From Chrysomallon squamiferum (Eukaryota > Animalia > Mollusca): DNA of 64,000 bases. The stretch covers positions 8,990,001 to 9,054,000 of the forward strand of contig CM022676.1 in the NCBI GenBank assembly GCA_012295275.1, in the 5' to 3' direction. This document shows, piece by piece, positions 41,349 to 56,894 of the stretch (its first letter is position 1; the number at the start of each line of letters is the position of its first letter). The position numbers and the translations under genes were made by a program. Under the pieces are notes generated by a model. The model was not told the DNA's origin. It was given only the letters and a program-made list of their open reading frames with translations, and ran no database searches.

Positions 41349-44300
41349 ACAACAGTTACAGTATTAGTAGTCGGTAACAGTACTAGTAGCAATAACAGTT
41401 ATACTATTAGTAGTTTAGCACTCGTAGTAGAAGAAGACGTTGTAGTAGTAGTAGTAGTAGTACTAACAGTAAGTTTCACAGATTATTTTGCCTTAATTTA
41501 CTCAACGAATACTCAGTACTTTTACTCTTATATACATATATCTATATATCTATATATATATATAGATATATGTAGTGCTGAAAATGGCTGGATTTTCAAA
41601 TAGACCGTAACAGATTTTGATCCTACGACCAACTCCAGTTCAGATGGATACCATAAGACTGTATCAATATTAATCATTTTAATACAAAGAAATTATTGAC
41701 TCTTCAGAATCCAATAAGACTCACCAGTCAGTATATTAATCATTTTAATACTAAGAAATTATTCTTACTTATAGACTCTTCAGAATCCAATAAGACTTTT
41801 CAGAATCCAATAAGACTCTTCAGAATCCAATAAGACTCACCAGTCAGTACATTAATAATTTCGATACTACGAAGTTACTCTTACTTATAGACTCTTCAGA
41901 ATCCAGCAGACGTTTGTCCAGAAAGGAGATATGTCTGTCGTATCCAGTCGCGCACAGGACGACGTCAACATCACCGATGACTTCGCCGTCGTCGAGGTAG
42001 ACACGTCTGCCCACGATCCTGACGACTCTTCCGTAGACCTTGACCTTTCCGGACATGATCTTTATCCCGAGCGCGTCGTTGATCATGATGGGCGAAAGAG
42101 CTGCGGGTTTACTGGAAGCAAGGCTGACGGCGTCGTGGTTCAGGGCGTTGTCGGCGAGGTTGGCTGTCAGTATGTCGACGCGCCGGCTCATCAGAGAGAA
42201 GAGAAAGACGCGTTTGAAGAGGACCACGTCAAACGGCTTCCCGTGTTCCGAGAATCGACGAAACAGCAAGGAACCCGAGCCCACACAGAGGTTGACCTGA
42301 GAGTAGAAGAAGAAGAAGAAGAAGGAAATTAAAAGTAAGCGTATTCGAAGTTTTTTAATTCGTTTTTTTTTTTTTAAAGTAAATTCGTTTTTTTAAAAGT
42401 AATCGTATTCGTTTTTTTTTTTTTAAAGTAATCGTATTCGTTTTTTTTTTTTCGTTTTTTTTTTTAAAGTTTTCGTATTCGTTTTTTTTTAAAGTAATCG
42501 TATTCGTTTTTTTTTTTTAATGTAATATTCGTATTCGTTTTTTTTTAAAGTTTATTCGTTTTTTTTTTTAAGTAATCGTATTTTTTTTTAAAGTTTTTTT
42601 TTTTAAAAGTTTTTTTTTTTTTTTTAAAGTAATCGTATTCGTTTTTTTTTTAAAGTAATCGTATTCGGTTTTTTTTTCGTTTCTTTCGTTTTTTTTTCGT
42701 TTTTTAAAGTAATCGTATTCGTTTTTTTTTTTTTAATCGTATTCGTTGTTTTTTTTAAAGTAAGCGTATTCGGTTTTTTTTTTTAATCGTATTCGTTTTT
42801 GTTTTTTTTAAAGTGATCGTATTCGTTTTTTTTTTTTTAAAGTAATCGTATTCGTTTTTTTTTTTTAAAGTAATCGTATTCGTATTCGTTTTTTAATCGT
42901 ATTCGTTTTTTTTTAAAGTTCGTATTCGTTTTTTTTTAAGTAATCGTATTCGTTTTTTTTTTTTGTTTTTAAAGTATTCGTATTTTTTTTTTAAAGTAAT
43001 CGTATTCGTTTTTTTTTTAAAATCGTATTCGTTTTTTTTTTTTATTCGTTTTTTTTTTAAAGTAATCGTATTCGTTTTTTTTTTTAAGTATCGTATTCGT
43101 TTTTTTTTAAAGTAATCGTATTCGGTTTTTTTTTTTTTTTTTAAGTAATCGTATTCGTTTTTTTTTTTTTTTTAAAATAATCGTATTCGTTTTTTTTTTT
43201 TTTTAAAGTAATCGTATTCGTTTTTTTCGTTGTTTTTTTTTAAAGTATCGTATTCGGTTTTTTATTCGGTTTTTTTAAAGTAATCGTATTCGTTTTTTTT
43301 AAAGTAATCGTATTCGTTTTTTTTAAAGTAATCGTATTCGTTTTTTTTTTAAGTAATCGTATTCGGTTTTTTTTTAAGTAATCGTATTCGTTTTTTTTTT
43401 AAAGTAATCGTTTTCCTTTTTTTTTTTGGTTTTTTTTTAATCGTATTCGGTTTTTTTTTTTTTTTTTTAAAGTAATCGTATCTTTTTTTTTTTCGTTTTT
43501 TTAAAGTAATCGTATTCGGTTTTTTTAAAGTAATCGTATTCGTTTTTTTAAAGTAATCGTTTTTTTTTTTTTTTAAAGTAATCGTATTCGTTTTTTTTTG
43601 TAATCGTATTCGTTTTTTTAAGTTTTTTTTTTTTTTAAAGTAATCGTATTCGTTTTTTTTTTAAAGTAATCGTATTCGTTTTTTTTTTTTATTCGGTTTT
43701 TTTCGTATTCGTTTCTTTTTAAAGTAATCGTATTCGGTTTTTTTTAAAGTAATCGTATCCTTTTTTTTTTTAAAGTAATCGTATTCGTTTTTTTTTTTTT
43801 TTTTTTCTATTCGTTTTTTTTTATCGTATTCGTTTTTTTTTTTTTTAAAGTTTTTCGGTTTTTTTAAAGTAATCGTATTCGTGTTTTTTTAAAGTAATCG
43901 TATTCGGTTTTTTTTTAAAGTAATCGTATTTTTTAAAGTAATCGTTTTTTTTTTTTTAAGTAATCGTATTCGTTTTTTTTTCGTATTCGGTTTTTTAAGT
44001 AATCGTATTCGTATTTTTTTTTAAAGTAATCGTATTCGTTTTTTTTTTTAAAGTAATCGTATTCGGTTTTTTTTTAAAGTAATCGTATTCGTTTTTTTTT
44101 TTAAAGTAATCGTATTCGTTTTTTTTTAACGTTTTTTTTTAAAGTAATCGTATTCGTTTCTTTTAAAAGTATATATGAGATGACGTCACATCTTGCTGTG
44201 TGAGTAATTTAAAAAAATAAAATGTTGGGGGGGTGGGAGGGGGACAGACCGTAAACCTGGAGATCCTCCCATAATCCGCCCCTTATCTTTACCGAGTTAA

Positions 44301-44362
44301 ATCTGAACCTGATCTGAGACCACCTATAATCCATTTCGTGTGGATATGTATATCTATATATG

Positions 44363-44398
<36 letters not shown>

Positions 44399-44789
44399 TG
44401 TATATAACAGTATCTACTTACATTACGTTTGTATATCATGACTGATTGTGGATGGATGGACGGATGTATGTATGTACGTACGTTTGTGTGTTTGATTTTA
44501 TGTAGATATGATAATGTAGCAAAACAAATAGATTAATTACTTAATTAATATAAATACCTGATTAGCAAAATCGGCGATAATAGGTGCAATGTCGCCAGCA
44601 GAAAGCGAATTACCTACAAAATGTAAGATTATTTCTTATAAATCCGGACACAATTGTTTAAATCGAGATTTCTTTGTCACTAAGATGGTAGGATCTCTTG
44701 GAATCATTTCTTGGTTGTAAAATGAATTATATCGAAAATGTCTGAAAATCGGACTTTACTGGACAGAATTCACCGGCTACGTCATTTAT

Positions 44790-44887
<98 letters not shown>

Positions 44888-45428
44888 ACGTACCAATAAT
44901 GACAACATTTTTTTCTTTATACGCCTCACCAGTCTTGAACGTGTAAGTGTGTTCAACGTTACCATGGAAACTGTCCAGACCTTCTATTTTCGGATACCTG
45001 GGTTTGTTGAAGCAGCCCACGCAAATCATGACAGCGTGGAAAATTTCAACTCGCTGTTTCCCATTGCTGTCTTCCACGGTGATTTCCCAATTTCCGGTCT
45101 CGTCGTAATCTCGCGCTTTCGAGACTTCGAGAATTTTCGTTCTGAAGTGAATGTACTGTCGAAGATCGAACTTTTCGGCATAACTCATGATGTAGCACTG
45201 GATCATTTTCGCTGTCATGAATGTTGGAGTCTCTTTCGGGAACGGGAAATCACTGAAACACATCATCGTTTTGCTGGAGTTGGTGATCATGTTTGCGTAC
45301 GGTTTGACGTTGTAGTCTGGATACAACGCATCATTCTCATCCCACATACCTCCTGTTACAATATTTAACACCGGACTCATACCTCGATTATACATCAGCG
45401 TATTGTTCGAATGTGCGTCAGTGTATGT

Positions 45429-45487
<59 letters not shown>

Positions 45488-46129
45488 AGAAGAAGAATAA
45501 GAATATCAAGAATAAGAATAAGAGGAAGAAGAAAACGATGAAGATGAAAGCAAAGAAGATGTCAAAAAAGGAAGACAATGAAGGCGAAGAACTGAAGAAG
45601 AACAAGATAAAGAGAAGAACAAGAAGATGCAGAGAAACTTCATAAAATAAAAAAAAGTGTAAACTTCATTTGTTCGATATAAATATATTTATATCACTAC
45701 GAATTAACTCACCTACTTCTGAATATCTCGGCAGATGTCACGGAAACGTGCGAAAATCAGCGGTTCGACATTCTCCGAATGCTTAGCCGAAGTATTCCGA
45801 GTTTAAATCCGAGCGTTTGCGAATATTAACGAGCTGTAATTTTTAACTGTTATTAATATTAAAAATGCAGATGTCTCGGAAACATACGAAAATCAGCGGT
45901 TCCACATTCTCCGAATGCTTAGCCGAAGTATTCCGAGTTTAAATCCGAGAGTTCGCGAATATTAACGAGCCGTAATGTTTTAACTGTTATTAATATTAAA
46001 AATGAACTCACCTACTTCTGCTCTCTGCTCGAAACAGACAGGTTCTAAACCTTCCTCCAGACAGGCCTTGATGGCGGTCAGTCCGGACACTCCGGCCCCG
46101 ATGACCGCAACGCTTTTCACTCCGGACAT
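39897..46129 (-). CDS. FMO: Flavin-containing monooxygenase, class B, FMO-C (~554 aa)
   Basis: Exons 46129-46012, 45352-44894, 44613-44558, 42296-41885, 40930-40689, 40274-39897 sum to 1665 nt, open, [43 protein letters not shown]. Confidence 0.94.
42332..44170. repeat. ~1.8-kb satellite, unit AAAGTAATCGTATTCG(T)n, in FMO-C intron 3
   Basis: Dozens of degenerate copies with variable T runs. Confidence 0.93.
44174..44344 (-). repeat. Inverted copy of the 37199-37352 dispersed repeat
   Basis: Reverse-complement alignment by eye. Confidence 0.85.
45731..46003. repeat. Tandem duplication of the ~135-bp conserved FMO intron-1 element
   Basis: gcagatgtc..ggaaac...ttctccgaatgcttagccgaagtattccgagtttaaatccgag...gcgaatattaacgagc.gtaat.ttttaactgttattaatattaaaaatg occurs twice. 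Single copies at about 27137-27262 (A) and 35467-35612 (B); about 1.6 copies at 51003-51220 (D). Confidence 0.9.
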
Positions 46130-46375
46130 TTTTCAGGGTTCAAAACCGAAACGGTTAAATGCGCTATGTCTAAAATTAGCAGAATAACGAAAGAGCAATA
46201 TGGTAGATGTATGGATGATTTTTGTGTTATATAATTTTTTTTTTTTTTTTTTTTTTTAATTTGGTTGTTTGTTAAAGTTGTGTCGTGTGAAGTATGAAGA
46301 AATATAAAACAATAAGGATTCGCTAAATGCAACAGTGTGCTAAAGACGCTATTACAACTGCAAAAACAATCACAC

Positions 46376-46421
<46 letters not shown>

Positions 46422-48006
46422 TAACGATAATAGTAGTAGGAATACTACCAACACTATTTCTACTACAAATAATGATGATGATGACGATGAAGATGATAAT
46501 TATTAACGATAATAATCGTTAATCATAACGATAGTAGTAGTAGTAGTAGTAAGTACTTCAACTAACAGTACAACGTATAATATTAATAATATTAATGATG
46601 ATGATGAGATGATGATAATGATGATGATGAGATGATGACGATGATGATGATGATAAAAATAATAATAATACCTTTTACCTTTTCAGAATAGGCCGCACAT
46701 TAATGTATTTCCTATCTGCAAGTTTTTGTAACTCACTTAAGAAAACGAGTCTTTTGCTTCTTGACTGGTGTTACAGTAACATTAACAAAAATTCAAATTT
46801 CAGAACGTGACATGTAACCAAAGACCGAGATAAAAACAAGCGTTTTTTTTATCTTTATCTTGCTTCGAATCACCCAGACTTTGCCCCGTCCTTCAAAAAA
46901 TAAAAAAATAAAAACTTTTTGTGAGAAAAGATTAAATTTTTGCCCTTCGTGTTTGCGCAAGGCATGTTGTTTTGAAAGAGTTTTGCGAAGTTTTTTTTTT
47001 AGTTTTTTCTCTCAATTTCACTTATGTTATTACACAGTGATTGAAGCTGGTATGTGTTTGTCTCTGTGTGTCTCTGTGTGTATCTGTGGAGGGCTGGGTG
47101 TGTGTGTGTGTGTGTGCTTATTTATTTATTTATTTATTTATTTGTCTACAACTATTAAACGTTTTGGTTTGGGACTAATAAAATATTACGATAATAAAAG
47201 AAAGATAAAGTCTAGGAGAAACACATGGTAACAGGTCCATTTCAAATTTATCCTAATCTTTCGTTCGTTTGTTCCATCTTTCTTTTTTTTTTTGCTTTCT
47301 TTGAGTTCAGAGTCTTATGTAATTATATTATACGTCGTCGTTTATTATGATAATAATCTAAATAATAAAATCAGTTACATACATACATACATACGAACGT
47401 CGATAACAAAAATAAGTAAAGAAACAACAATATGTCATGCCTTATAGAAAAGGGAAGTAACACATACATATATACTAAAATACAATACTTTTTATTGTAT
47501 ATATATATATAAAAATATACAATACCCTTTGTTTTCTTTTTCTGTTTATATATTTACTTGCAAAAGTTAAAAAAATTGTTAAAAAAAAAATAATAATAAT
47601 ATGTAAAACTTTCTTATATATGCATGCACATGTACTCCTCAGTCTGTATAGGTTTTGTGTGTATATAAATATATATATATATCTGTAGCACTTGAATTAT
47701 TCATGTATGCATACATACGTAATTACTTAAGTACGTTTGTGTAAATATGTATGTATGTGTGTGTATATATACATGCATGAATGATGTATGTATCTGAGTA
47801 TATATATATGTACATTGTATGTGTGTGTATGTACGTGTGTTCAAATGTAAACATAAAATAGAAAAATCATTGTTATTGTTGATCACTTTTTTCATTGTTC
47901 TTCAGCATCAAACCACCCACAGAAAACACAATATATATCATTAGCTGTCGTTGCAGTCGTCGTGGTTATCGTTGTTGTCCTTATTCTTATCGCACGACAT
48001 CACAAA

Positions 48007-51346
<3,340 letters not shown>

Positions 51347-51645
51347 TTTTCGAACTGTGACGTAATAACAGTATAATTAAAATCCATTAATTTGCTATAG
51401 TAGTAGAAATAACAGCAGCAGTAGCAATATCAGTAGTACAGTAGTAGTAGTAGTAGCAATAGCAATAATAGTAGTTGTAGCAGTAGTAGTAGTACTGTAG
51501 TAGTAGTAATAGTAGTAGTAGTAGGAATAATAGTAGCAGTACAAATAGCAGTGGCAATAGCAGTAATACAGTAGTAGTAGGAGTAGTAGTAGTAGTAGTA
51601 TTTGTTGTAGTAGCAGTAGTACAGTAGTAGTAGTAGTAGTAGTAA

Positions 51646-51687
<42 letters not shown>

Positions 51688-52209
51688 AAATAGTTGTCTG
51701 TACTTACAATTTTACAGAACCGCGCGTGCTTTGTAAATCAAGGAAAAAACTTAGGTTCTCTGTTATTTAAAATAAATACTCTTATTAGCAGTTTAGCTTA
51801 TACGAACTGGCTGCACAAGATTCCTGTCAGAATATCGTTTCATGTTACACCCTCAGATTAAGAAACGACGTCTCTTTATCCTTGACTCGTTAAAAAAAAA
51901 AAAAAAAATCACAACAACAACAGCAACAAAATAAAGTATAAAAAAAAATAATAATACTGTTTATACCGTGATTCATAAAATATCTGAAAACCACTTACAG
52001 CGAAATGTGTGTTAACTTAACAGATGCACGTCGTCATGTAAATAAAATATTCATCATGAATCACTGGTTCGGAAATCTTCGGTCATATCGACCCAAGTAG
52101 TGACGTAACGGACGCCTGAATAACACGTGACAAGCTCAGTGTTTATTTTACAATCAGCTGAGCTGAATGTAAACATTCAGTGTGTGACTGCATCTTTCTT
52201 ATAAATGGT

Positions 52210-52287
<78 letters not shown>

Positions 52288-53234
52288 AACACACTTTGAA
52301 AATTTACATTATGTTTACATATTACCAAAGGCAGTAATCGCCCATATAACTGCATAATATATATATATGTGTGTGTGTGTTTGTGTAGCAATAATAATAA
52401 TAGAAATACAAACGACACTGGTTAGTTTTCAATCGAAAAGCCAAACTACTGTTCACCAAAATGTGCCAAAAGTTTAAAGTCAGTACAGAACATCACATCG
52501 GTGTCACAGATTGTAGAGCTATAGCGACACTGAATAGAGTTTCAAAAGAGAGAGAAGCTTTCAGTCAGAATGCTGGGTACAAGTGTGCTGGAATCTAGAT
52601 CAAGGCTATAACAAAGCAGAGTTTATGTAAAACTGTTGACATGTTTTAGAGACGTAAAGAGGACGTTGAAATCTGTTAGAATATCTTTGTGTGTGTGTAT
52701 ATATGTGGGTGTGTGTGTGTATATATGTGGGTGTGTGTATGTATGTATATATGTGGCGTGTGTATGTATGTATATATATGGTGTGTGTATGTATGTATGT
52801 ATGTGGTGTGTGTATGTATGTATGTGGTGTGTGTATGTATGTATATATGTGGCGTGTGTATGTATGTACGTGGTGTGTATGTCTATGTACGTATGTGTCC
52901 GCATATGTATTTGGTGTGTGCGTGTATGTATGTTTATGTTCACACCTTCAGATACATGCTCTTCTCAGACACACATACACATGAATACATACATACACAC
53001 GTACAGACAAATAAAACACGCACACGTTTTACCTTATCTTATTTATTTATTCATTTATTGATGTATTTATTTACTTCTACTTTTCAAGTTGAAATGTGTA
53101 AGTCAGGAAAATGAAAATCTCTAAGGCATGTGCTGTTCTTAAGTTCTTTTGTTGTTGTTGTTTTTGTTTTTTTTTCAAACCATATCACTGATTATGTATA
53201 GAAACGTTTGTGTTTTTTATCTTTACACTTTCGT

Positions 53235-54260
53235 TCATATCGAATTCCAACGCAATAAAACTGTGACCAGTTCGACGAAGCCTCTCAGTCCTACTGTCTG
53301 AAAGGCCTCTTTCCACACTATCGACGAAACTAAAACCAGTTTCAGTTTCCGCCATTTTGTAAACCAGCTTCCCGCCGCCTCGTCATAACGATCGACGTGA
53401 TACATTTTGACACTGCCAGTTTTTTCCGCAATAATGACGTCACCGTTACCAAGGTAACGTAGGGCCACGTGACCGTTCGCCCTATTCTGGGGGAAATCGA
53501 GCGTGACGATGTTCATCGTTTCGTTTCGTGTGGAGTAATACGTCAGATCGTTGCTCTCTGACGTCACAAAGAAAATGTTTTCTCCGTCTGTGGTTATTCC
53601 CTGTAATGACGTCATACCGAGATGCAAGTGGCTAAGAATATATCCCCCGCGACTAATGACCACAATGCACTGCTTCTTCGCATCACATATGACGATATTT
53701 CCGTTTCGGGAAACGGCAACGCACGACGCGTTTTCGAATTCATATTCGGAAGTCAGTCTTCCTATTACCTCAAAAGTTGCTGACATGACGTCAACAAATT
53801 TGTTTGCACAAGCGATGTACTGGTTGTCATAGCGAGCCAGCCCTCGGTAGCTATGGAAACAGCGAGTTTTAGTCCAGCGCTTGACAAACTCATTTTCAGG
53901 TGTCAACATTAAAACAGCAAATGCTTTTAGTCCGGGAACCGCGATGGCGAAACTGTTTCGATCCAGGACCGTCATTTGTCCAAAGAAGTCCACGTCCTGA
54001 ATGACGGCTACATCTTCGTCACCAAATATTCCAACAGCGTTAAATGCCACCGAGCTCGACAGATAATCTCCGAACATACTGAAGGCCTTGATGACGTAAT
54101 TAGCCGAATCAGCGACTAAGATGACGTCATCAAGAATTTCTACGTCACTGATGTTGCAGTTTTCTGCGGTGCAGACTGGTGTAGTAAGAGACATTTTACT
54201 GCGTCTTCGAGGACAAGGTGAAAAAACGTCGTTGACGTAGATTTCTTTCTGATGACTCAT
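53235..54260 (-). CDS. NHL-like/six-bladed beta-propeller protein (~341 aa) with hydrophobic C-terminal tail
   Basis: Single coding exon; ATG at 54260 follows a TTTCAG acceptor (AG at 54277-54276). Blades ILVADSANYVIKAFSMFGDYL, VAVSRNGNIVICDAKKQCIVVISRGG, GITTDGENIFFV and GNGDVIIAE resemble the NHL-type C-termini of invertebrate TRIM proteins. No RING or B-box seen. Confidence 0.8.
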   Translation of the reverse strand: MSHQKEIYVNDVFSPCPRRRSKMSLTTPVCTAENCNISDVEILDDVILVADSANYVIKAFSMFGDYLSSSVAFNAVGIFGDEDVAVIQDVDFFGQMTVLDRNSFAIAVPGLKAFAVLMLTPENEFVKRWTKTRCFHSYRGLARYDNQYIACANKFVDVMSATFEVIGRLTSEYEFENASCVAVSRNGNIVICDAKKQCIVVISRGGYILSHLHLGMTSLQGITTDGENIFFVTSESNDLTYYSTRNETMNIVTLDFPQNRANGHVALRYLGNGDVIIAEKTGSVKMYHVDRYDEAAGSWFTKWRKLKLVLVSSIVWKEAFQTVGLRGFVELVTVLLRWNSI

Positions 54261-54600
54261 GATTTTAACTGAAGTCTGAAATATGAATAAATAATAAAAA
54301 CAAGAATAATAATGTATAGACACACAGACAGAGACACACACACAAACAAACACGCGTAGAATGTATACAAGACAGAATATTCATGTATAAATACATACAA
54401 ACGTACATATATATATATACACACACACACATACATATGTATACATGTATGTGTGTATGTGTATGTCTTTGTGTGTGTGTACTTTCAGATAAATCTTCGC
54501 TCTAGATCCCTGTATAATAATTTTACCTCTCTCCGATAATTATACATTCGTCCAAAAAATAATAATAATAATTTTCCTAATCTGAAACTACTGTACTTAC

Positions 54601-55192
54601 ATTTGTTTTTTCGTTGTTTCTCGTTTCATAAATTAATGAGACGAATTAAATGAAATGTCTTGTTACAAAAGGCAAAATGTACGATTTCCTGAAATATTTA
54701 GTATTTTCTTAGTTTCGATTTCCTGAAATATTTAGTTTTTCCTTGGTTTCGATTTCCTGAAATATTTAGTTTTTTCCTTAGTTTCGATTTCCAAGTACGT
54801 GTTAATATTTTAGACAATAATGCCGTCATTGATAACCTGTGTAAAAAAAAACGCATTAAAAGACTGAGTCAATTGGGGGTTTTTTAAAAAAAATTATTCT
54901 TTTTATTTTTTTTTATAATATTCGTTTATTTGCTGTTTATATCAATTTGTTGTTTTTTTTTTTAACATATTCGTATTCTTACTCTAACTTTAATGTACTA
55001 TACACTGATATTTAATGCAATAATTTCAAAAGATAATGTTATATAAACAAATAAATAAAGGTCACATATTTCGCAACATAAGGTTACACGCATGCGCAAT
55101 AATGAAAAGGAACTCGACAGTGAAAATGAAACACGTACGTTGATTCTTTTAACTATTTCTTTTCTTTTCTATTATTTCTTTATTTATTTCTG

Positions 55193-55251
<59 letters not shown>

Positions 55252-55405
55252 TTGCTTTATTTATTTATTTATTTTTAAATTATGCAGATAAATGGAAGCT
55301 TACCTTTTTTCACCGCACACTGTTGGGGGAAGTAACTCTCTCTTTCATTGATCGCTAAAATACGGAAAATACCGAGATGATAGCTTAAGAGTCGAAAACG
55401 GAAAG
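54601..55405. promoter_or_regulatory. Candidate bidirectional promoter with 5'UTR exons of the head-to-head propeller genes
   Basis: Minus-strand donor GTAAGTA at 54600; plus-strand donor AAG|GTATAA at 55406; candidate UTR exon about 55914-55974 (CAG...CAG|GTATGT); NRF-1-like CACGCATGCGCA at 55087-55098. Confidence 0.4.
54682..54792. repeat. 34-bp tandem repeat (about 3.2 copies) between the two propeller genes
   Basis: cgatttcctgaaatatttagt(a/t)ttt(t/c)ctt(a/g)gttt starting at 54682, 54716, 54750 and partially at 54785. Confidence 0.9.
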
Positions 55406-56125
55406 GTATAATATTTTTGTTATGTATATCTATGCTTTATAGTAGGTAGTAAAAGGATTTGTAGTTGTTGTTATTCTGAAGTTGAACGGTAGTTGTTGTA
55501 GCAGCAACAGTAGCTGTAGTAGTGGTGGTAGTAATCGTATTTTGTTTTTGTCCTCATTTTTGTTACAGTGGTCGTAAATGGGACCCGTTTGATATTTTAC
55601 TATACGATATTTAATTTTCCTTCTTCTTCTTCTTCTTCTTCTTATTATTATTATGCCGTTGTAGTTGTGTAGCTATTGTTGGTATTATCGTTTTTGTTTT
55701 CGTTATTATTGTTGTATACCTCGTTGTTGTCGTTGCTGCTGTTATATTTATTGTTATTGTTAGTGTTGCTGCTCTTACTGTTATTGTTGTTGTTATTTCA
55801 TTATTATTATTATTATTATTATTACTATTATTATTATTATTTGTAGTAGTAGTAATAGTAGTAGTAGTAGTATTTTTAGTGTCCTGAGCATTTTATAATC
55901 ATACCTTTATCAGATGAACTTGGAAATATTCTATGTCAGTTCATTTTAAATTTGAACATAAAGACACCATTCAGGTATGTTGCTGTTGTTGTTATCATCA
56001 TCATCATCATCATTATCATTATTATTTATTATTTATTCATTCATTTGTTTATTTATTTATTACTTTTCCATTTTCCTCTTTATATTTTAAAGTTCTCTGA
56101 TACTTGAGTTGCAGTAAAGGTATTA

Positions 56126-56170
<45 letters not shown>

Positions 56171-56324
56171 AATTATAATAGTAATAATACTGCAATAGCA
56201 GTAAGTGTATCAGAAGTATAAGTAATAGCAGTAGTAGCAGTAATAACCGTTATGTTATAGTAGCAGCAGTTGTTATAGTGATACTGGTACCAGTAGTAGT
56301 AGTAGTAGTAGTAATAGTAGTAGC

Positions 56325-56367
<43 letters not shown>

Positions 56368-56894
56368 AAAGTAGTGCTGGATATGTGAAACTTATTAGCA
56401 TTAGGAATATCAAGGAAGTGTTAGTAATCATGGTAACAGTAGTCGTCGTGGTAATAGTAGTAGTAGTAGTCGTCGTAGTAGTAGTAATCGTAAAAACAGT
56501 AACAGGTTGTTACAGCAGTAGCAGCAGCCACTTCAGCAGTAGTAATGTTAGTTTATGTTTTTTTTTTTTACTTTGTTATTTACTTACTAACTTACTTGCT
56601 TACTTATTTAATTCTATTACTATTAATATCTTGTTTTTGTTTGTTTGTTGTTGTGTTTTTTTTTGGGGGGTTAATCTGGAATCATTTGTGTTAACAGTAT
56701 CCACGAATTATTTTGCAGAATAAGAAAGAAAAAAGAAAGAATGACATTTTCCCAGCCATTGCTGACATATATATGTATATGACACTTGTTCATCAAGGGT
56801 TTTGCTTTCGTCAAGATTGATTAATTTTCAATATTCTCTTTAAAACTTCTTCACTTCACTGCAATAACAAACTCAAAAAAAAAAAAAAAAAAAA

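Noticed and set aside
54261-54353. N-terminal 31 aa of the 372-aa ORF call
   Set aside because: Starts at a non-ATG codon within intronic low-complexity sequence, mostly upstream of a TTTCAG acceptor; the ATG at 54260 is preferred.
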